Origin: a virus
Direction: 5' to 3' (one strand)
Virus genome (UHGV): UHGV-0127207
DNA length: 24,457 nucleotides
A program made the translations under genes and the position numbers. The notes under the pieces are model-generated. The model saw only the letters and a program-made list of their open reading frames with translations, did not search any database and was not told the origin of the DNA. This document shows positions 8,024-16,646 of this stretch, in pieces. Within the stretch, counting starts at the first letter, position 1. Each line of letters starts with the position of its first letter.

Positions 8024-9082
8024 TTACGCTCCGGTTTCGGCTGCGGCGGCGCTGAAATCACCAATCTGGATGTTTTCCACCAGTGCGGCGCAGCGGTAGT
8101 CCTCAACCACATAGGCTTCATTAACGGATTCAAAGTTTTCAATCCGGTCACGTTTCGGGTTGTCGATAACTGAACGGCGGCGGGTGTCTTCCTGCCAGTA
8201 GATGGACAGGTTATCCAGACGGGTGATCAGCAGTGCATTCGGCGGGAAGAACGGCGCACGCACGGCCTGCAGGCCACCCATGCGTTTCTGACTGATGATC
8301 ATATCGGCAGCGAGTTTTTCACTGTTTTCCTGCTCTTTGTTGACCAGCGGGAAATACTTGTCAGACAGCAGTTCACGACCGCAAATCACCACCAGATCGT
8401 CATCGTCCTGGTAGACCACGTCGATAAGCTCATTAACGGCATCCATCACCACGGCGTCCAGGTTGGCATATTCGCCACCTTTACCGACTTTCACCGCGCC
8501 CGGTGTGGTTTCACCGCCCGTGGTGGTGCTGCCCATGACGTGATCCGGTGCATCCTCACGGATTTTCTGCAGCCAGCCTTTGTTTACATCCTGCAGCAGC
8601 GGGTTTTCACTACGGTTGGAGGTTTTCGCACGCTTCACGCCGTTAAAGCCGATCATGATGCGGTCCAGTGCCTGACGTTTCACGATGGCGTCACGGATAC
8701 GCACCTGGAAATCCTGAAACTTCGCCCACAGGTCCAGCTTCGCGTAGGTCAGCACCGTGTCAAAGTTGGTCTGCTCGCATTTATATTCCACATCGACCAT
8801 CAGCGTCGGATCGACAGGTTCACGCTCTTTCGCGGTGGTGTCAGTGGTTCCGGCAATGGTGCTGCCAACACCCAGCCCCAGCAGCTGACCGGACTGCTCA
8901 GTCACTGGCGTGACGTTAATCAGCGTCAGGAAAGCGGCGGACTGCTGGATCTGGTCTTCCAGCGTCTGCTGCACAGACGGCTCCACAGTGAATTTGCTGG
9001 ACAGTTCTTCAACTGCCACACCATTCAGACGCGCCAGCTGCTGCAGGTAAGCGTTAAAAGCAAAGCGGGTATTCTTCTTCAT
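8024..9082 (-). CDS. N: Major capsid protein gpN
   Basis: 352 aa (MKKNTRFAFNAYLQQLARLNGVAVEELSSKFTVEPSVQQTLEDQIQ...), P2 gpN-like; follows scaffold gene O. Confidence 0.9.
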   Translation of the reverse strand: MKKNTRFAFNAYLQQLARLNGVAVEELSSKFTVEPSVQQTLEDQIQQSAAFLTLINVTPVTEQSGQLLGLGVGSTIAGTTDTTAKEREPVDPTLMVDVEYKCEQTNFDTVLTYAKLDLWAKFQDFQVRIRDAIVKRQALDRIMIGFNGVKRAKTSNRSENPLLQDVNKGWLQKIREDAPDHVMGSTTTGGETTPGAVKVGKGGEYANLDAVVMDAVNELIDVVYQDDDDLVVICGRELLSDKYFPLVNKEQENSEKLAADMIISQKRMGGLQAVRAPFFPPNALLITRLDNLSIYWQEDTRRRSVIDNPKRDRIENFESVNEAYVVEDYRCAALVENIQIGDFSAAAAETGA

Positions 9083-9098
9083 CGGGTTTTGTGCTCCA

Positions 9099-9932
9099 TC
9101 AGCAATTGGTCAGAGTGTCAGCGGGGGCGTTACCGCCTGTTGCACGCTGGCGGTAGTCCTGGCGGCTGTCTTCATGACTCAGCTTGTCCACCAGTTCGTT
9201 AAAGGCGGTCTGCTGTGCCTGCAGGGCAGTCTCCAGCTCAGACAGACGTTCTTCCTGCTCAGACAGGGATTTTTCGGTGTGTGCGCTCAGGTTCTGCTGC
9301 TCAGTGGCGACCAGCTCCACGGCCTTATGCACATCAGAGAACCGGGCGTCATCGGACTGCTCTTTTTTGGTAAACAGCGCCGTGACGCGGGCAAACAGGG
9401 ACGGTTTGTCGTCCTGGATTTCTTCCAGTTCGATCACCGTTTCCTCTGCAGCGGTAAAGAGATTGGCAGGATTCTGCTTGCGGTTTGCCAGCGGGTTATG
9501 GGCTGCACTGGCGCTGAATGTCAGCATTTCCGTACCCAGACTGGCAGGGTCATCAGTGGCAGCCAGGCCGACCAGGTAGGCTTTGCCCGTATCAGCGAAC
9601 TTCGGGCTGACTTCCATAGATGTGAATAATTTCTGGCCTTTTTTCACCAGTTCCACCAGGGACTCCGTTGGCTCAACGTCGGCATACAGCGCCATCTTGC
9701 CTGCCAGCGGACCTTCCGTGATTTCTTCAGCAAACAGCGCCGTCACCTTGCCGTAGCGGTTAAAGGTGCTGTCCGGCAGATAAGACTTGATGTGCTCAAG
9801 GTTAATCAGCGCGGTATACACCGCCGGGTTGTAGCTGGCTGCCATCTGTTCCAGCCATTCACGCTGGATTTCGCGTCCATCGGTGGTGGCACCTTCCACC
9901 CCGATGCGAAAACGCTTTGCTTTCACTGTCAT
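9099..9932 (-). CDS. O: Capsid scaffolding protein gpO
   Basis: 277 aa (MTVKAKRFRIGVEGATTDGREIQREWLEQMAASYNPAVYTALINLEHI...TLTNC), P2 gpO-like; divergent from P. Confidence 0.9.
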   Translation of the reverse strand: MTVKAKRFRIGVEGATTDGREIQREWLEQMAASYNPAVYTALINLEHIKSYLPDSTFNRYGKVTALFAEEITEGPLAGKMALYADVEPTESLVELVKKGQKLFTSMEVSPKFADTGKAYLVGLAATDDPASLGTEMLTFSASAAHNPLANRKQNPANLFTAAEETVIELEEIQDDKPSLFARVTALFTKKEQSDDARFSDVHKAVELVATEQQNLSAHTEKSLSEQEERLSELETALQAQQTAFNELVDKLSHEDSRQDYRQRATGGNAPADTLTNC

Positions 9933-10010
9933 GAGCCGTGCTCCGTTAGAAAAAACTTACTGGAGCCTTATGGTTGCGGTGATGGGGGCAGTGAAACAAT
10001 GCGCAGTATT

Positions 10011-10028
10011 TGTACCGACAACCACACA
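10011..10028. promoter_or_regulatory. Candidate late-activator (Ogr/B/Delta-type) binding dyad TGT-N12-ACA in the divergent O/P promoter region
   Basis: TGTACCGACAACCACACA in the 142-bp gap between the O and P starts; about 87 bp upstream of the O start codon, so more likely serving the O promoter. Confidence 0.4.
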
Positions 10029-10074
10029 AACCGCAGGCGGGGAAAGCCTTCATTCAAGGCTGTAGGTTTGTGCC

Positions 10075-11841
10075 ATGAACACCACACTGACACCCGCAGA
10101 TCTCGATCCCCGTCGGCAGGCCATGCTGCTGTACTTTCAGGGATACCGCGTCGCCCGCATTGCTGAAATGCTGGGCGAGAAAGTTGCAACCGTTCACAGC
10201 TGGAAAAAACGCGACAAGTGGGGTGACTATGGGCCGCTGGATCAGATGCAGCTCACCACCGCCGCACGCTACTGCCAGCTCATTATGAAGGAGCACAAAG
10301 AAGGGAAAGATTTCAAAGAGATTGACCTGCTGGCGCGCCAGTCTGAGCGCCACGCGCGGATCGGCAAGTTTAACAATGGCGGTAACGAAGCCGACTTAAA
10401 CCCTAACGTCGCCAACCGCAACAAAGGCCCGCGCCGTCAGCCGGAAAAGAACGTTTTCACCGATGAACAAATTGAGAAGCTGGAAGAAATCTTCCACTCC
10501 TCCATGTTCAACTACCAGCGCCACTGGTGGGAAGCCGGAAAAACCAACCGCATCCGCAACCTGCTGAAGTCACGCCAGATCGGCGCGACCTTTTACTTTG
10601 CCCGTGAAGCCCTGATTGACGCCCTGCTGACCGGACGTAACCAGATTTTCCTTTCCGCCAGTAAGGCACAGGCCCACGTCTTTAAGCAGTACATCATCGA
10701 CTTCGCCAAAGAAGTGGAGGTGGAGCTGAAAGGCGATCCGATGGTGCTTCCTAACGGGGCCACGCTTTACTTCCTCGGCACCAATGCCCGCACAGCCCAG
10801 AGTTATCACGGTAACCTGTATCTGGATGAATATTTCTGGATACCGAAATTCCAGGAGCTGCGCAAAGTGGCTTCCGGTATGGCTATTCACAAAAAATGGC
10901 GACAAACCTATTTTTCCACGCCATCCAGCCTGACCCACAGTGCTTATCCGTTCTGGTCCGGTGCGCTGTTCAACCGTGGACGCAACAAAGCCGACAAGGT
11001 GGACATCGACCTGTCCCACAGCAATCTGGCCCCCGGCCTGCTGTGCGCAGACGGGCAGTACCGCCAGATAGTCACTGTGGAAGATGCGGTGCGCGGCGGC
11101 TGCAACTTGTTCGACCTCGACCAGTTACGCATGGAATACAGCCCGGATGAATACCAGAACCTGCTGATGTGTGAGTTCGTGGACGATCTCGCGTCCGTGT
11201 TCCCGCTCAGCGAGCTGCAGGGGTGCATGGTGGACAGCTGGGAAGTCTGGACCGACTTTCATGCACTGGCGCTGCGCCCGTTTGGCTGGCGCGAAGTGTG
11301 GATCGGTTATGACCCGGCAAAAGGTACGCAAAACGGCGACAGCGCCGGGTGCGTGGTGGTGGCACCGCCAGCCGTGCCGGGCGGTAAGTTCCGCATTCTT
11401 GAGCGTCACCAGTGGCGCGGAATGGACTTCCGCGCCCAGGCTGACGCCATCAAAAAACTGACCGAACAGTACAACGTGACCTACATCGGCATCGACTCAA
11501 CCGGCGTCGGTCACGGGGTTTACGAGAACGTGAAAGCGTTCTTTCCTGCCGTCCGGGAGTTTGTCTATAACCCCAACGTTAAAAACGCCCTGGTACTCAA
11601 GGCCTACGACATTATCAGCCACCGCCGTCTGGAGTTTGACGCCGGGCACACCGACATTGCGCAGTCATTTATGGCAATCCGTCGCGCCACCACCGCCAGC
11701 GGCAACCGCCCGACCTATGAAGCCAGCCGCAGCGAAGAAGCCAGCCATGCCGATCTGGCCTGGGCAACAATGCACGCACTGTTTAACGAACCGCTGCAGG
11801 GCGAGTCCGCCAATACCAGCAATATTGTGGAGATTTTTTGA
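10075..11841 (+). CDS. P: Terminase large (ATPase) subunit gpP
   Basis: 588 aa (MNTTLTPADLDPRRQAMLLYFQGYRVARIAEMLGEKVATVHSWKKRDKWGDYG...), P2 gpP-like; followed by and overlapping Q. Confidence 0.9.
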   Translation: MNTTLTPADLDPRRQAMLLYFQGYRVARIAEMLGEKVATVHSWKKRDKWGDYGPLDQMQLTTAARYCQLIMKEHKEGKDFKEIDLLARQSERHARIGKFNNGGNEADLNPNVANRNKGPRRQPEKNVFTDEQIEKLEEIFHSSMFNYQRHWWEAGKTNRIRNLLKSRQIGATFYFAREALIDALLTGRNQIFLSASKAQAHVFKQYIIDFAKEVEVELKGDPMVLPNGATLYFLGTNARTAQSYHGNLYLDEYFWIPKFQELRKVASGMAIHKKWRQTYFSTPSSLTHSAYPFWSGALFNRGRNKADKVDIDLSHSNLAPGLLCADGQYRQIVTVEDAVRGGCNLFDLDQLRMEYSPDEYQNLLMCEFVDDLASVFPLSELQGCMVDSWEVWTDFHALALRPFGWREVWIGYDPAKGTQNGDSAGCVVVAPPAVPGGKFRILERHQWRGMDFRAQADAIKKLTEQYNVTYIGIDSTGVGHGVYENVKAFFPAVREFVYNPNVKNALVLKAYDIISHRRLEFDAGHTDIAQSFMAIRRATTASGNRPTYEASRSEEASHADLAWATMHALFNEPLQGESANTSNIVEIF

Positions 11842-12875
11842 TGGGAAAGAGTAAGAAGAACCGCGCTGCGGCGACGAAACAGATCCAGCATAAAAACCAG
11901 ACTTCAGCCGAAGCATTCAGCTTCGGCGATCCCGTTCCGGTTCTGGACCGCCGTGAACTACTGGACTATGTGGAATGCGTACAGACAGATCGCTGGTATG
12001 AGCCGCCAGTGAGTTTTGACGGACTGGCGCGAACCTTCCGCGCTGCCGTACATCATAGCTCCCCGATTGCAGTAAAGTGCAACATTCTGACCAGTACCTA
12101 CATCCCTCACCCGCTGCTCAGCCAGCAGGCTTTTTCACGTTTTGTGCAGGACTATCTGGTATTTGGTAACGCCTATCTGGAGAAACGCACGAACCGCTTC
12201 GGTGAGGTTATCGCCCTTGAGCCTGCTCTGGCAAAATACACCCGACGCGGGTTAGACCTGGATACCTACTGGTTTGTGCAATACGGTATGACAACCCAGC
12301 CGTATCAGTTCACGAAAGGCAGCATTTTTCATCTGATGGAACCGGATATTAATCAGGAGATCTACGGCCTGCCCGGCTATCTTTCTGCCATTCCGTCAGC
12401 CCTGCTCAACGAATCCGCCACGCTGTTCCGCCGCAAGTATTACATTAACGGTAGTCATGCAGGCTTCATCATGTACATGACCGATGCCGCGCAGAACCAG
12501 GAGGATGTGAACAACCTCCGCAAGGCAATGAAAAGTGCTAAAGGACCGGGCAACTTCCGCAACCTGTTTATGTACTCGCCTAACGGCAAAAAAGACGGCC
12601 TTCAGATCATTCCTCTGTCAGAAGTCGCGGCGAAGGATGAGTTTTTGAATATCAAAAATGTTAGTCGCGATGACATGATGGCGGCACACCGCGTGCCGCC
12701 GCAGATGATGGGGATTATGCCTAATAATGTTGGGGGATTTGGGGATGTTGAGAAGGCGGCGCGTGTTTTCGTACGCAACGAACTTACACCACTCCAAGGC
12801 CGCGTGATAGAAATTAACGAGTGGCTGGATGATGAAGTGATTCGCTTTAACCCATACCTGACTGAGGAAGATTAA
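11838..12875 (+). CDS. Q: Portal (capsid vertex) protein gpQ
   Basis: 345 aa; start overlaps P stop; P2 gpQ-like length and position. Confidence 0.9.
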   Translation: MMGKSKKNRAAATKQIQHKNQTSAEAFSFGDPVPVLDRRELLDYVECVQTDRWYEPPVSFDGLARTFRAAVHHSSPIAVKCNILTSTYIPHPLLSQQAFSRFVQDYLVFGNAYLEKRTNRFGEVIALEPALAKYTRRGLDLDTYWFVQYGMTTQPYQFTKGSIFHLMEPDINQEIYGLPGYLSAIPSALLNESATLFRRKYYINGSHAGFIMYMTDAAQNQEDVNNLRKAMKSAKGPGNFRNLFMYSPNGKKDGLQIIPLSEVAAKDEFLNIKNVSRDDMMAAHRVPPQMMGIMPNNVGGFGDVEKAARVFVRNELTPLQGRVIEINEWLDDEVIRFNPYLTEED

Positions 12876-12961
12876 CGCTCACCTGACCTATCCTTCATAT
12901 CAACCGCTCTTCCTGGGGCGGTTTTACCCCCACTTCAATAGACGGTTTAGGGATGACAATC

Positions 12962-12982
12962 AAAACGCTCCTAAGAGCGTTT
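12962..12982. terminator. Candidate bidirectional hairpin terminator between convergent Q and the accessory operon
   Basis: AAACGCTC-CTAA-GAGCGTTT inverted repeat with T-rich stretches on both strands; the stop codon of the 239-aa gene lies in the loop. Confidence 0.35.
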
Positions 12983-13690
12983 CTGTTTACGGTTTGACTC
13001 TATTTGTTTTTTTAGCTGGATAAGCCTTTCAACTAACTCAAACACTTTTGTACTTGGATTATCAGTATCGCTAGCTTCAGCAGCCTGTAAACTTCTCTTA
13101 GCCCTAAGGACTACTTCATTTAAATCTTTTGACTCTAAAGCGTTTAGGGTTTTCTGAAAAATCCCTTTTGAGCCTTTCTCATAGTCCTTAATATATTTTC
13201 TTAACTCATTTACAATTTGATTTCCTGAACTATTACCAGGTAAATTTCTAAATGCCTTTGTCGAATAGGTATAATGTAGAAGTAACCAATATTCAAAACA
13301 AGGTACTGAATTCACAGTAAACCAAGTTGAGCTTGGTTTACTTCTCCTGATAGCGTCAAGCGCTGCCATGTAATCAGAGTGGGCATCCTTATCAATCACT
13401 ACAAAGATTTGATCATAAGGAGCCCCCTGTTCAGTCATTTTTTTATGCTGTGCTTTTGCATGACGAACAACACACATAGGACTAGAGCCACATTCTCCAG
13501 TTACATCAATTACACTTGCTGTAAGTAATTCAAAATGATTTATCAAATCCTCAAAGTAATTTGGTTCAGTTTTTTTACCCTCACAAACAATTAATATTTT
13601 AGCGAGAGGGGATTTTATTGCATTACGTCTTGCTAGATCCTTAGCCGTTTTAGGGGCACGTTTCTTTTTGAATAAATCCTCGCTTCCCAT
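12971..13690 (-). CDS. TOPRIM-like protein (RloB/AbiLii-type or DUF4435/AriB-type), second gene of a candidate anti-phage pair
   Basis: 239 aa; N-terminal ILIVCEGKKTEPNYF and downstream VVIDKDAHSD consistent with a TOPRIM E...DxD core; A+T-rich; starts 1 nt after the upstream ATPase gene stops. Confidence 0.6.
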   Translation of the reverse strand: MGSEDLFKKKRAPKTAKDLARRNAIKSPLAKILIVCEGKKTEPNYFEDLINHFELLTASVIDVTGECGSSPMCVVRHAKAQHKKMTEQGAPYDQIFVVIDKDAHSDYMAALDAIRRSKPSSTWFTVNSVPCFEYWLLLHYTYSTKAFRNLPGNSSGNQIVNELRKYIKDYEKGSKGIFQKTLNALESKDLNEVVLRAKRSLQAAEASDTDNPSTKVFELVERLIQLKKQIESNRKQKRS

Positions 13691-13691
13691 A

Positions 13692-14957
13692 TCAAATCCC
13701 CGTCAATTTCTTGATGAACGGCAATGCTCCATACCGACCGTCTAGGTATGCGGCTTCTAAATTTTCTCTTCCTTTCCTTGGACTAAAATCAGTCAATGGA
13801 TATAGATTAGTTTCACTGAGTTCATTTTTCTCACAAAACCAAACTTGATCACGTCTAAAAATGCTTTGATTCAGAATGGATGTTTCATGTGTTGAGAAAA
13901 TTAACTGCGCACCTTTTTTATTAGTAACCGGACTATTAAAAAGATTTACCAAGAAACTAACCAACTTTGGATGCAATGTATCGTGAAGCTCGTCGATTAA
14001 TAGTACATATCCATTATCGAGCGCATCTAACCATGGACCAGCTAAAGAAAAAAGCTTTTGAGTGCCATGAGATTCCTCTTCAAGAGAAAAACTTACCGGC
14101 TCACCTTTATCGTTATAATGGACAGTAGTAACATCAAAAACTTCTTTATCCTTCATATTAGAAATAACGATTTTTTTGATATCATCTGGCATATCAGATG
14201 GCAAATCATCTGGATTAAATTTTTCTTTCTTAACTAAAACATCATCAATGCCAATATCTGCAGCTTGCAAAAAATTCAAGATATCTTTCTTCATATCCTC
14301 GGTGCAGCGTTTAGCGGAGAATGTATTAGCCCATCCATTAATTCCAGAAAGTCTCAGTGTTTTTTTAAACCAAGTAAAAACAGGCTTAAGCTGCTCGCTA
14401 TTTAATTGAACAGCTGTAGACAAGAACAGGGCATTATTTCTAGTTGAACGCTGCCAAACTTGTTTTTCACCAAGTAGTGATGCGCCAAAATCCCAATCAT
14501 ATTCCTGCTTCTCTTCATCCCAAGCTCTGAAATACCACTTTTGAGGCCTTCCTTTTGGGTACGCAAAGAGCCATTCATCAATAATTCTTTCATTTGTAGC
14601 AGAAAAACCAAATTGATACCGGGTGCCCTCTGCAATAAAAGTAACTTCAAATTCAGTAGGTTTTTTAATTGAATCTGAATCAAGCTTGAAGGGGAATACG
14701 GGAACCTCTTCACCAGCCTGAGAGTTAGATGCAGAGTGGATAACTAAATCCATCATAGCCCTGACAGCCAGAAGTACATTCGACTTGCCCGCTGCATTCG
14801 CACCGTAAATAACAGCTGACTTTAGAACATTAAGGTTAACGTTTCCCTCTACTGTAAAGATATTCTCTTTTAACTCGTTACTTTTGTTAGCAATAAGTGA
14901 AAGTGTTTGTTTGTTTTTGATTGAGAGATAGTTCTCAACATTGAATTCAATAAGCAT
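13692..14957 (-). CDS. ABC/SMC-like P-loop ATPase (AAA_15/AAA_21-type), first gene of a candidate anti-phage pair
   Basis: 421 aa; Walker A GANAAGKSN, Walker B VLLIDELHD, H-loop-like FSTHET; strong RBS AGGAGGG before the ATG; A+T-rich. Confidence 0.7.
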   Translation of the reverse strand: MLIEFNVENYLSIKNKQTLSLIANKSNELKENIFTVEGNVNLNVLKSAVIYGANAAGKSNVLLAVRAMMDLVIHSASNSQAGEEVPVFPFKLDSDSIKKPTEFEVTFIAEGTRYQFGFSATNERIIDEWLFAYPKGRPQKWYFRAWDEEKQEYDWDFGASLLGEKQVWQRSTRNNALFLSTAVQLNSEQLKPVFTWFKKTLRLSGINGWANTFSAKRCTEDMKKDILNFLQAADIGIDDVLVKKEKFNPDDLPSDMPDDIKKIVISNMKDKEVFDVTTVHYNDKGEPVSFSLEEESHGTQKLFSLAGPWLDALDNGYVLLIDELHDTLHPKLVSFLVNLFNSPVTNKKGAQLIFSTHETSILNQSIFRRDQVWFCEKNELSETNLYPLTDFSPRKGRENLEAAYLDGRYGALPFIKKLTGI

Positions 14958-15135
14958 TTTTACCCTCCTGGTGGTTGAATAATCTTAGTTGCAAAAGCAA
15001 CAAACGTCACCAACAACCAAATCTTAAGGCATTTTATGACAAAAAACGTCAAAATGGTACTCATAAAATGAATTTAAACCAGTTTATTAGACTTAACATC
15101 TAATATTTACGGCTAGCTTTCGCCCTGAACGCGCG

Positions 15136-15154
15136 CTCGTATCCCCGCCACGCC
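15136..15154 (-). other. Candidate cos (cohesive end) site of the phage genome
   Basis: Minus strand reads GGCGTGGCGGGGATACGAG; the first 13 nt match my recollection of the 186/P2 19-nt cohesive end (GGCG(T/A)GGCGGGGAAAGCA(T/C)); G+C-rich motif in a non-coding A+T-rich stretch. Confidence 0.35.
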
Positions 15155-15533
15155 TGCCCGCTTTATGCAGTGGTTTTCATGCACATGCATGACATGAGCA
15201 AAAGCCCGCCAGTTCTGGCGGATCTGAGCAAAGACGATCCTCAATCGATCATGCGATTTCATGCAGCATAGTCATGCACTGTCAAGGAAGTGAAAATCCG
15301 TATCTGAATGGCCACTTGAAAAACGGATCATACGGGTTTACAAAGATGAATGTTCGCTGTGAACGGGAAGCGGAAGTTAGCTTTCAGATAACATAATCCA
15401 TATGCACGAGAACCTCTAAAATAGAATGGGACACCTAAGCGGGGTACTTACAACGATTCTTTCCAGATTCACAGTTAACACTCTGTTTGGCGTATTTTTA
15501 TTCAAATAGCAAACACCAATAAAAGGAGTTTCC

Positions 15534-15869
15534 ATGAACAATATTCCCCCTATACCACAGTTAGGAATTTATGTCTCAAAAATCGATCCCACCCTACGTA
15601 TCACTGTAACCGATGTTGATATTGTTGATGGTGAGGATGATTCTCCTGATGATGAGTTGTTTTATTTAGTCCACTGGATCGAGGGGGAAGATGAAAGTGA
15701 TATGACAGCAATGGGATTTGAGCTAGACCCAGTAGAGTGGCAGGCTTTCGTTGAATCTGAGCAATTAGTGTTTGAGCGTGATCCGTACATGGATTCAATC
15801 CCCGAAAATTCAAACTTGGCAAAGATTCGGGATTTTCTCATGAAGACTAAACAGAATGATCATTCGTAA
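15534..15869 (+). CDS. Small strongly acidic protein of unknown function (candidate DNA-mimic / anti-restriction)
   Basis: 111 aa; strong RBS AAAAGGAG before the ATG; about 26 Asp/Glu against about 7 Lys/Arg by hand count, including runs DGEDDSPDDE and EGEDESD; A+T-rich; opposite strand to flanking genes. Confidence 0.6.
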   Translation: MNNIPPIPQLGIYVSKIDPTLRITVTDVDIVDGEDDSPDDELFYLVHWIEGEDESDMTAMGFELDPVEWQAFVESEQLVFERDPYMDSIPENSNLAKIRDFLMKTKQNDHS

Positions 15870-16061
15870 GTGTAAGCATCCATCAGGAAAATGGTTTTGT
15901 AAGTGAATCATCAACTTTTAGAGAGTCTCAGACACTCCCACTTCTGCTTCTGACACAAAGCGGACGATCACTTATCAAAATAACCGCCCACCTTACGCCT
16001 TATTTCACTCATTGCCCAAACTAGCCCCCATCAGAATGAATCCTCCTGGGGGCAACGTTTC

Positions 16062-16295
16062 TTAATGCAGCCAGCTGTCGTCCTCCCACACCTTCTGCAT
16101 AATTTTCATCACTTGTTTTCTTTCTTCATCCAGTTGCAGTCCGGTTAGTTCCACACCGTTAGAGCTACCTTTGCGAATGCGAATTACCGTTTTGGGATAC
16201 AGGGGGCGCAGATTGCGGTAAAGCTCGGATTCAAGGGCGTCCAGGGTAGACTGGCTAATCTTCTGCTCTTTATCGATCATTATTTCAATGCGCAT
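16062..16295 (-). CDS. dinI: DinI-family protein (DNA damage-inducible protein I homologue)
   Basis: ORF 16062..16367; ATG at 16295 preceded by GAGGTGA gives 77 aa MRIEIMIDKEQKISQSTLDALESELYRNLRPLYPKTVIRIRKGSSNGVELTGLQLDEERKQVMKIMQKVWEDDSWLH, alignable to E. coli DinI (MRIEVTIAK...ELSRR...ETWESADDWF). Confidence 0.8.
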   Translation of the reverse strand: MRIEIMIDKEQKISQSTLDALESELYRNLRPLYPKTVIRIRKGSSNGVELTGLQLDEERKQVMKIMQKVWEDDSWLH

Positions 16296-16305
16296 AAAAG
16301 TCACC

Positions 16306-16494
16306 TCAGCTGATGACATCCATTGAGCGGTTGTATTCGTGGCTTCTGATTTTTGCCATGAGTTCATCAGTCAATTCAGAAACCCACTGCAGAGCCAGCC
16401 CCTTCTCTTCATCACTACACTCACTAGCCGCTACAAGCTTAAGAAAAAAATCAATGCGCTGGAGCTTCAAAGACTCCAAAAAATAGTCCTGCAT
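16306..16494 (-). CDS. Small SOS-controlled protein, candidate antirepressor (Tum-like role)
   Basis: 62 aa; strong RBS AGGAGG; first gene after the LexA box and directly upstream of dinI; functional assignment is inference from context only. Confidence 0.45.
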   Translation of the reverse strand: MQDYFLESLKLQRIDFFLKLVAASECSDEEKGLALQWVSELTDELMAKIRSHEYNRSMDVIS

Positions 16495-16521
16495 CTTTCC
16501 TCCTATGACACCACAACAATA

Positions 16522-16552
16522 CTGTATATATAACCACTGTTTATATTTACAG
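16522..16552. promoter_or_regulatory. LexA operator (SOS box) with overlapping degenerate second box, in the promoter of the small ORF-dinI operon
   Basis: CTGTTTATATTTACAG at 16537-16552 fits CTGT-N8-ACAG; overlapping CTGTATATATAACCAC at 16522-16537 is a partial box; about 45 bp upstream of the 62-aa ORF start; TTTACA -35-like hexamer further upstream on the minus strand. Confidence 0.7.
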
Positions 16553-16646
16553 TATATAATAATCTTACTGATGTAAAACGTTTTTTTACGTTCATCGGCC
16601 TGATATGCCTGGTATTATTAAGAGCACGAATTGTTAACCCGCGTAA

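Noticed and set aside
7006-9629. Plus-strand ORFs inside the L, M, N and O genes (7006..7458, 7528..7851, 7691..8173, 8540..9202, 8668..8913, 9174..9629, 9184..9579)
   Set aside because: Antisense to well-supported, conserved P2-family head genes with no independent start signals; shadow ORFs.
10570-11916. Minus-strand ORFs inside terminase P and portal Q (10570..11019, 10944..11228, 11125..11409, 11665..11916)
   Set aside because: Antisense to the 588-aa terminase and the portal ORFs; shadow ORFs.
14176-14713. ORFs 14176..14409 (+) and 14402..14713 (-) inside the ATPase gene
   Set aside because: Embedded in or antisense to the 421-aa ATPase ORF, which carries clear Walker motifs; low-complexity A+T-rich translations.
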